Positions 29,322 to 32,000 of a stretch of DNA of 32,000 nt are shown here, in pieces. The translations under genes and the position numbers were made by a program. The notes beneath the pieces were generated by a model. The model ran no database searches. It saw only the letters and a list, made by a program, of their open reading frames with translations, and was not told where the DNA came from. Each line of letters opens with the position of its first letter. Within the stretch, counting starts at the first letter, position 1. The stretch comes from Promethearchaeota archaeon (GTDB lineage: Archaea > Asgardarchaeota > Lokiarchaeia > Sigyniarchaeales > Promethearchaeaceae), in the NCBI GenBank assembly GCA_016933055.1, contig JAFGBS010000009.1, positions 786,989 to 818,988 of the forward strand. Direction: 5' to 3'.

Positions 29322-29555
29322 ATGAGTTGTTTTTATTTTTTTCAGATTTATTCACCAAGTTGACTGAGTTAACAGTATAATTTCCCATGTCTCCTATATA
29401 TATAGCTAAATATCATGATAGAGATTCCGCAGATTTAGAAAAAAATACAGCTTGAAACGTGCTTAATTCTATTTTGAATGGTTCCATGAATACGATTCCA
29501 TTGTCACACTCACAAGTCGTGAAATTGCGGTTTTAGTTTATTTTCCATACTAAAA

Positions 29556-29562
29556 TTTATAT
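29556..29562 (+). promoter_or_regulatory. Candidate TATA box for the RHH-recombinase operon
   Basis: tttatat preceded by aaaa, about 40 bp upstream of ATG 29600. Confidence 0.35.
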
Positions 29563-29599
29563 GGAGAATACGCCATGACAACGACAGTGAAAAAAAATC

Positions 29600-30043
29600 A
29601 TGGCACAAAAAAACATCAAATATCTATCATTCTATATCCCTGCTGAATTAAAGGAGGAATGGGTTTCATTTGCTAAGAAATTGGGGCGACCCTTGACCAA
29701 GGTAATACGTGAAGCGATGAATCAGTTAATGTATAAAGAAGATTCGAAAGAAAAGGTGGATCTTGTTCAACAGCTACGAAATGAGATCACCCAAAAATTG
29801 GATGAAAGAAATGCAAAGATCGAAGAATTGGTTTCTCAGGTAAACCTAACTAAAAAATCTGATTCGAAGGACATAGAACAAAGAATTCTATCGTATTTGA
29901 GAGACGTGGAAGTTTCCCCTACAAAAAAAATCGCGTTTACAATGGGAGAAGATGAATTGGATACCCATAAGCTTCTTGTCGAAATGAAAAACCAAAACCT
30001 TGTGTCCTATAATATCAAGAAAAAACTTTGGAGTGTGAACTAA
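29600..30043 (+). CDS. Ribbon-helix-helix (CopG-like) plus coiled-coil plus winged-HTH DNA-binding protein
   Basis: LSFYIPAELKEEWVSFAKKLGRPLTKVIREAMNQLM fits RHH; EQRILSYL...KKIAFTMG...LVEMKNQNLV...KLWSV fits wHTH. Confidence 0.7.
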   Translation: MAQKNIKYLSFYIPAELKEEWVSFAKKLGRPLTKVIREAMNQLMYKEDSKEKVDLVQQLRNEITQKLDERNAKIEELVSQVNLTKKSDSKDIEQRILSYLRDVEVSPTKKIAFTMGEDELDTHKLLVEMKNQNLVSYNIKKKLWSVN

Positions 30044-30045
30044 GC

Positions 30046-31071
30046 ATGGAAATTCAACAACACACAATTGTTTTAGACGAATCTCTCACCCAGATCATTA
30101 ATGAAGAATTCCGGAATATCTTAATTAGTTTTTTGGAGAAACGTAACAGGACGGGATCCCGTACCGCCCAAACATATTATTCTGCAATTAAGAGGTTCCT
30201 GGAATTCACTAAAATATCTTCCATACGAGATATTACGTATGATCATACAACCAAATATTTTACCTGGTTGGATCGCCATCCGAACAACTTCAAACTGTCC
30301 TATAAGTCCAACCAAATGAAATATTGCCGATCCTTTTTTGATTACGCGGAACATATCTTTCAATCAAAAAGAATTCCCTTTTACAATCCGGTCCCCAAAG
30401 TAAAATACTTCAATTTCACTCCAGATGAAACACTCAGCATAAACGAAATGGAAGAAAAACAACAAGACCAATTCTACACAAAGGAACAATTGAAAATTAT
30501 CTTAGAAAAAATCTCTAAAGCAGATTATGAAAGATATGTCCAAGTATTGCTCTTAACTTTCTGTGGAATGAGGGGTTCCGAAGTGGTTTCTATCCGAAAG
30601 GATAACGTGAAAGTGTATGAAAGGTATTTATTGACCGGGATGGAAAAGAACGCCAGAAAATCCAGTAAAAATGGGAATGGAATCGTTTTTTGTTTTCCCA
30701 AAGAAGTAGCGATTATTTTGGGTGAATATTTATTGTATCATGAAAACAAGTATGGAGAAAGTGAAAAGTGGTTATTTCCAGGGAATAAGGGGGAACACAC
30801 ATCTATCCGGAATTTGCAGAAATTCTTAACTAGTTTGAATTTTGAGTTTTCTGTCCGAACTCACAAATTTCGAAAAACGCTTTCCACCTGGAGACAAGAA
30901 ATCCAAGGAGTAAAAACTCCTACGTATGTTATGGAAACCCTCTCCAATCATGCAATTTCTTCAATCGAACATAAACACTATGCACAATACGGAATTGAAC
31001 AAAGATTGAGAGATTACGATACCTACTTCCCCACAGAACTAAAAGAACTGTTGCAAATTCTTCCTTCCTAA
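30046..31071 (+). CDS. Tyrosine recombinase/integrase
   Basis: N-terminal SAM-like domain (RTAQTYYSAIKRFLEF); catalytic R (GMRGSEV), HxxR (THKFRKT), H (LSNHAISS), Y (KHYAQY). ATG 30046 lies 2 nt after the upstream stop. Confidence 0.92.
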   Translation: MEIQQHTIVLDESLTQIINEEFRNILISFLEKRNRTGSRTAQTYYSAIKRFLEFTKISSIRDITYDHTTKYFTWLDRHPNNFKLSYKSNQMKYCRSFFDYAEHIFQSKRIPFYNPVPKVKYFNFTPDETLSINEMEEKQQDQFYTKEQLKIILEKISKADYERYVQVLLLTFCGMRGSEVVSIRKDNVKVYERYLLTGMEKNARKSSKNGNGIVFCFPKEVAIILGEYLLYHENKYGESEKWLFPGNKGEHTSIRNLQKFLTSLNFEFSVRTHKFRKTLSTWRQEIQGVKTPTYVMETLSNHAISSIEHKHYAQYGIEQRLRDYDTYFPTELKELLQILPS

Positions 31072-31130
31072 AACAACAAACGTTGTTATTATAACAACAA
31101 GTGTTTCTATCATAACAACAAATGTTTCTT
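31072..31130. repeat. Three direct repeats with 21-bp period containing inverted repeats
   Basis: aacaacaa starts at 31072, 31093 and 31114: aacaacaaacgttgttattat / aacaacaagtgtttctatcat / aacaacaaatgtttctt. Nested inverted repeats aacaac-aaac-gttgtt and gttgttat-t-ataacaac. Confidence 0.85.
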
Positions 31131-31214
31131 TTTTCTCTTTGTTTACACCATAAGAGAGAAGACAGACCTTCCGATTTTGATATCGACAAAATGCCATAAC
31201 GAACTTTTTTTTCT

Positions 31215-31664
31215 TTTCCCTATCCTCCCCTACTCCCGGTAAAAAGTCATTGAGATGGACGAACTACACCGTAAAACGTGCGACCCCTCCCCCCCTGATT
31301 TTCATTGTTTCCTGACTGGCCACTTTCCCCTTCCCAGGACTATGCCCCTGAAAAAAAAGGGGAATAGGGGTCGCATGTTAGGGCGGTTTTCTCCCCTTGG
31401 AGATCCCGGAAGGCTAAGGTGGAAACTGTCTAATATTTCACAAAAGTGTTTTGGACTTTGGTGTCCCGCCAAAGTAATTTGGTGGCGGTCTTACCTGCAG
31501 ATCTCGAGGTTAGGGATCCCGGAAGTTTTTTTTAAAATTGGTTTTTCCCCGGGGCAGATCCCAACGACCCCCACAGGCTCTCCATGGTGAGATATGTCTT
31601 AGTTTTTCGCACACTGTCAAAGCAAAAACGAGAAACGTAAAAATTCGTTAGGATGGTAGGGAAA
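31215..31664. other. GC-rich, inverted-repeat-rich non-coding segment (candidate structured RNA, ssDNA origin or MITE)
   Basis: 14-bp imperfect outer inverted repeat (31215-31228/31651-31664), 14-bp stem (31275-31288/31366-31379), GTAA-loop hairpin (31466-31485), direct repeat gatcccggaag (31402 and 31515). Confidence 0.45.
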
Positions 31665-31708
31665 TTTGTTTAGGAGTTAATATGAGTTTTCGGATAGCTT
31701 TATTACTT

Positions 31709-31738
31709 TGTTCAACAAAACCTAGTATATGTTGAACA
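31709..31738. promoter_or_regulatory. Pair of TGTTnAACA palindromes, candidate operator
   Basis: tgttcaaca at 31709-31717 and tgttgaaca at 31730-31738 (21 bp apart, mutually inverted); degenerate third copy tgttcacca at 31740; just upstream of ATG 31767. Confidence 0.5.
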
Positions 31739-31766
31739 TTGTTCACCAATAAAAAAGTGAAAAATT

Positions 31767-32000
31767 ATGACCGAAAAAAACGACAAAACTACGATTACGT
31801 TCGAGCCCACAACCTTTTCACTCTCGAAAGACTATGTTGACTTGATGGAACGGTATGGGCTCATACGACACGATCTCAACGAAAACGTGGTAAGTTTACG
31901 TAAATTATTGGAGTTTTTCCTGGACTACGCAAAAACCCCCGATCCAGAAAAGGATCTCTCCTTATTCTATGGGCTCTGGATCCTAAAACAAGTGCCCCGA
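31767..32000 (+). CDS. Hypothetical protein, 5' part only
   Basis: Not in the ORF track; 78 open codons to the window end: MTEKNDKTTITFEPTTFSLSKDYVDLMERYGLIRHDLNENVVSLRKLLEFFLDYAKTPDPEKDLSLFYGLWILKQVPR. Confidence 0.65.
   Translation, partial: MTEKNDKTTITFEPTTFSLSKDYVDLMERYGLIRHDLNENVVSLRKLLEFFLDYAKTPDPEKDLSLFYGLWILKQVPR

Larger units (their letters stand above)
29600..32000 (+). mobile_element. Probable integrated element or its recombination module; boundaries unresolved, likely continues beyond the window
   Basis: Coupled RHH regulator and tyrosine recombinase, periodic repeats and a GC-rich structured region. No att duplication or tRNA seen in the window. Confidence 0.55.

Noticed and set aside
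31072-31130. Short repeats as a CRISPR array
   Set aside because: Units are contiguous at a 21-bp period with no unique 30-40 bp spacers, and no cas genes are present.
31495-31587. Cluster of restriction-site-like palindromes (CTGCAG, AGATCT and CTCGAG overlapping, GGATCC, CCCGGG, CCATGG) resembling a cloning polylinker
   Set aside because: About one 6-bp palindrome per 64 bp is expected by chance, the flanks do not match a polylinker I recall, and the sites lie within nested natural-looking stems. Not called as vector, though a UniVec screen and read check would settle it.
31255-31590. 111-aa ORF from the track
   Set aside because: Atypical composition, crosses several homopolymer runs and overlaps strong inverted repeats; more likely a chance ORF in GC-rich non-coding DNA.

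Overview
AT-rich 32 kb window, most likely from an Asgard archaeon of the Lokiarchaeia/Promethearchaeia lineage. This is inferred from two ORFs ending in Loki-CTERM-like sorting signals and from the style of the gene families. Positions 1-29.3 kb are a loose string of mostly unlinked genes: a CapA-family protein (partial, missed by the ORF track), RapA/HepA-like SNF2 helicase, glutamine-dependent NAD synthetase, flippase-like membrane protein, esterase, Lrp regulator, two MBL-fold hydrolases, Dus, Mre11-like nuclease, M24 peptidase, GNAT, Gfo/Idh/MocA oxidoreductase, a 7TM protein and a MazG-like protein. Two clear pseudogenes (NosD-like with Loki-CTERM; RibD_C/DHFR-like) also lie here. Three intact ORFs have lost catalytic motifs: a radical SAM homologue without CxxxCxxC, a GH20-like protein and a creatinase-like M24 protein. 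From about 29.6 kb to the end is a probable mobile-element segment. It holds an RHH-wHTH regulator, an intact tyrosine recombinase, three 21-bp-period repeats abutting the recombinase stop codon, a GC-rich structured non-coding stretch of about 450 bp, a pair of TGTTnAACA palindromes and a partial ORF. The most novel-looking items are an uncharacterised protein with strict 37-aa tandem repeats (possible filament binder) and the recombinase cassette with its non-coding architecture. No tRNA, rRNA or CRISPR array was recognised. All family assignments come from motif recognition by eye, with no database searches.
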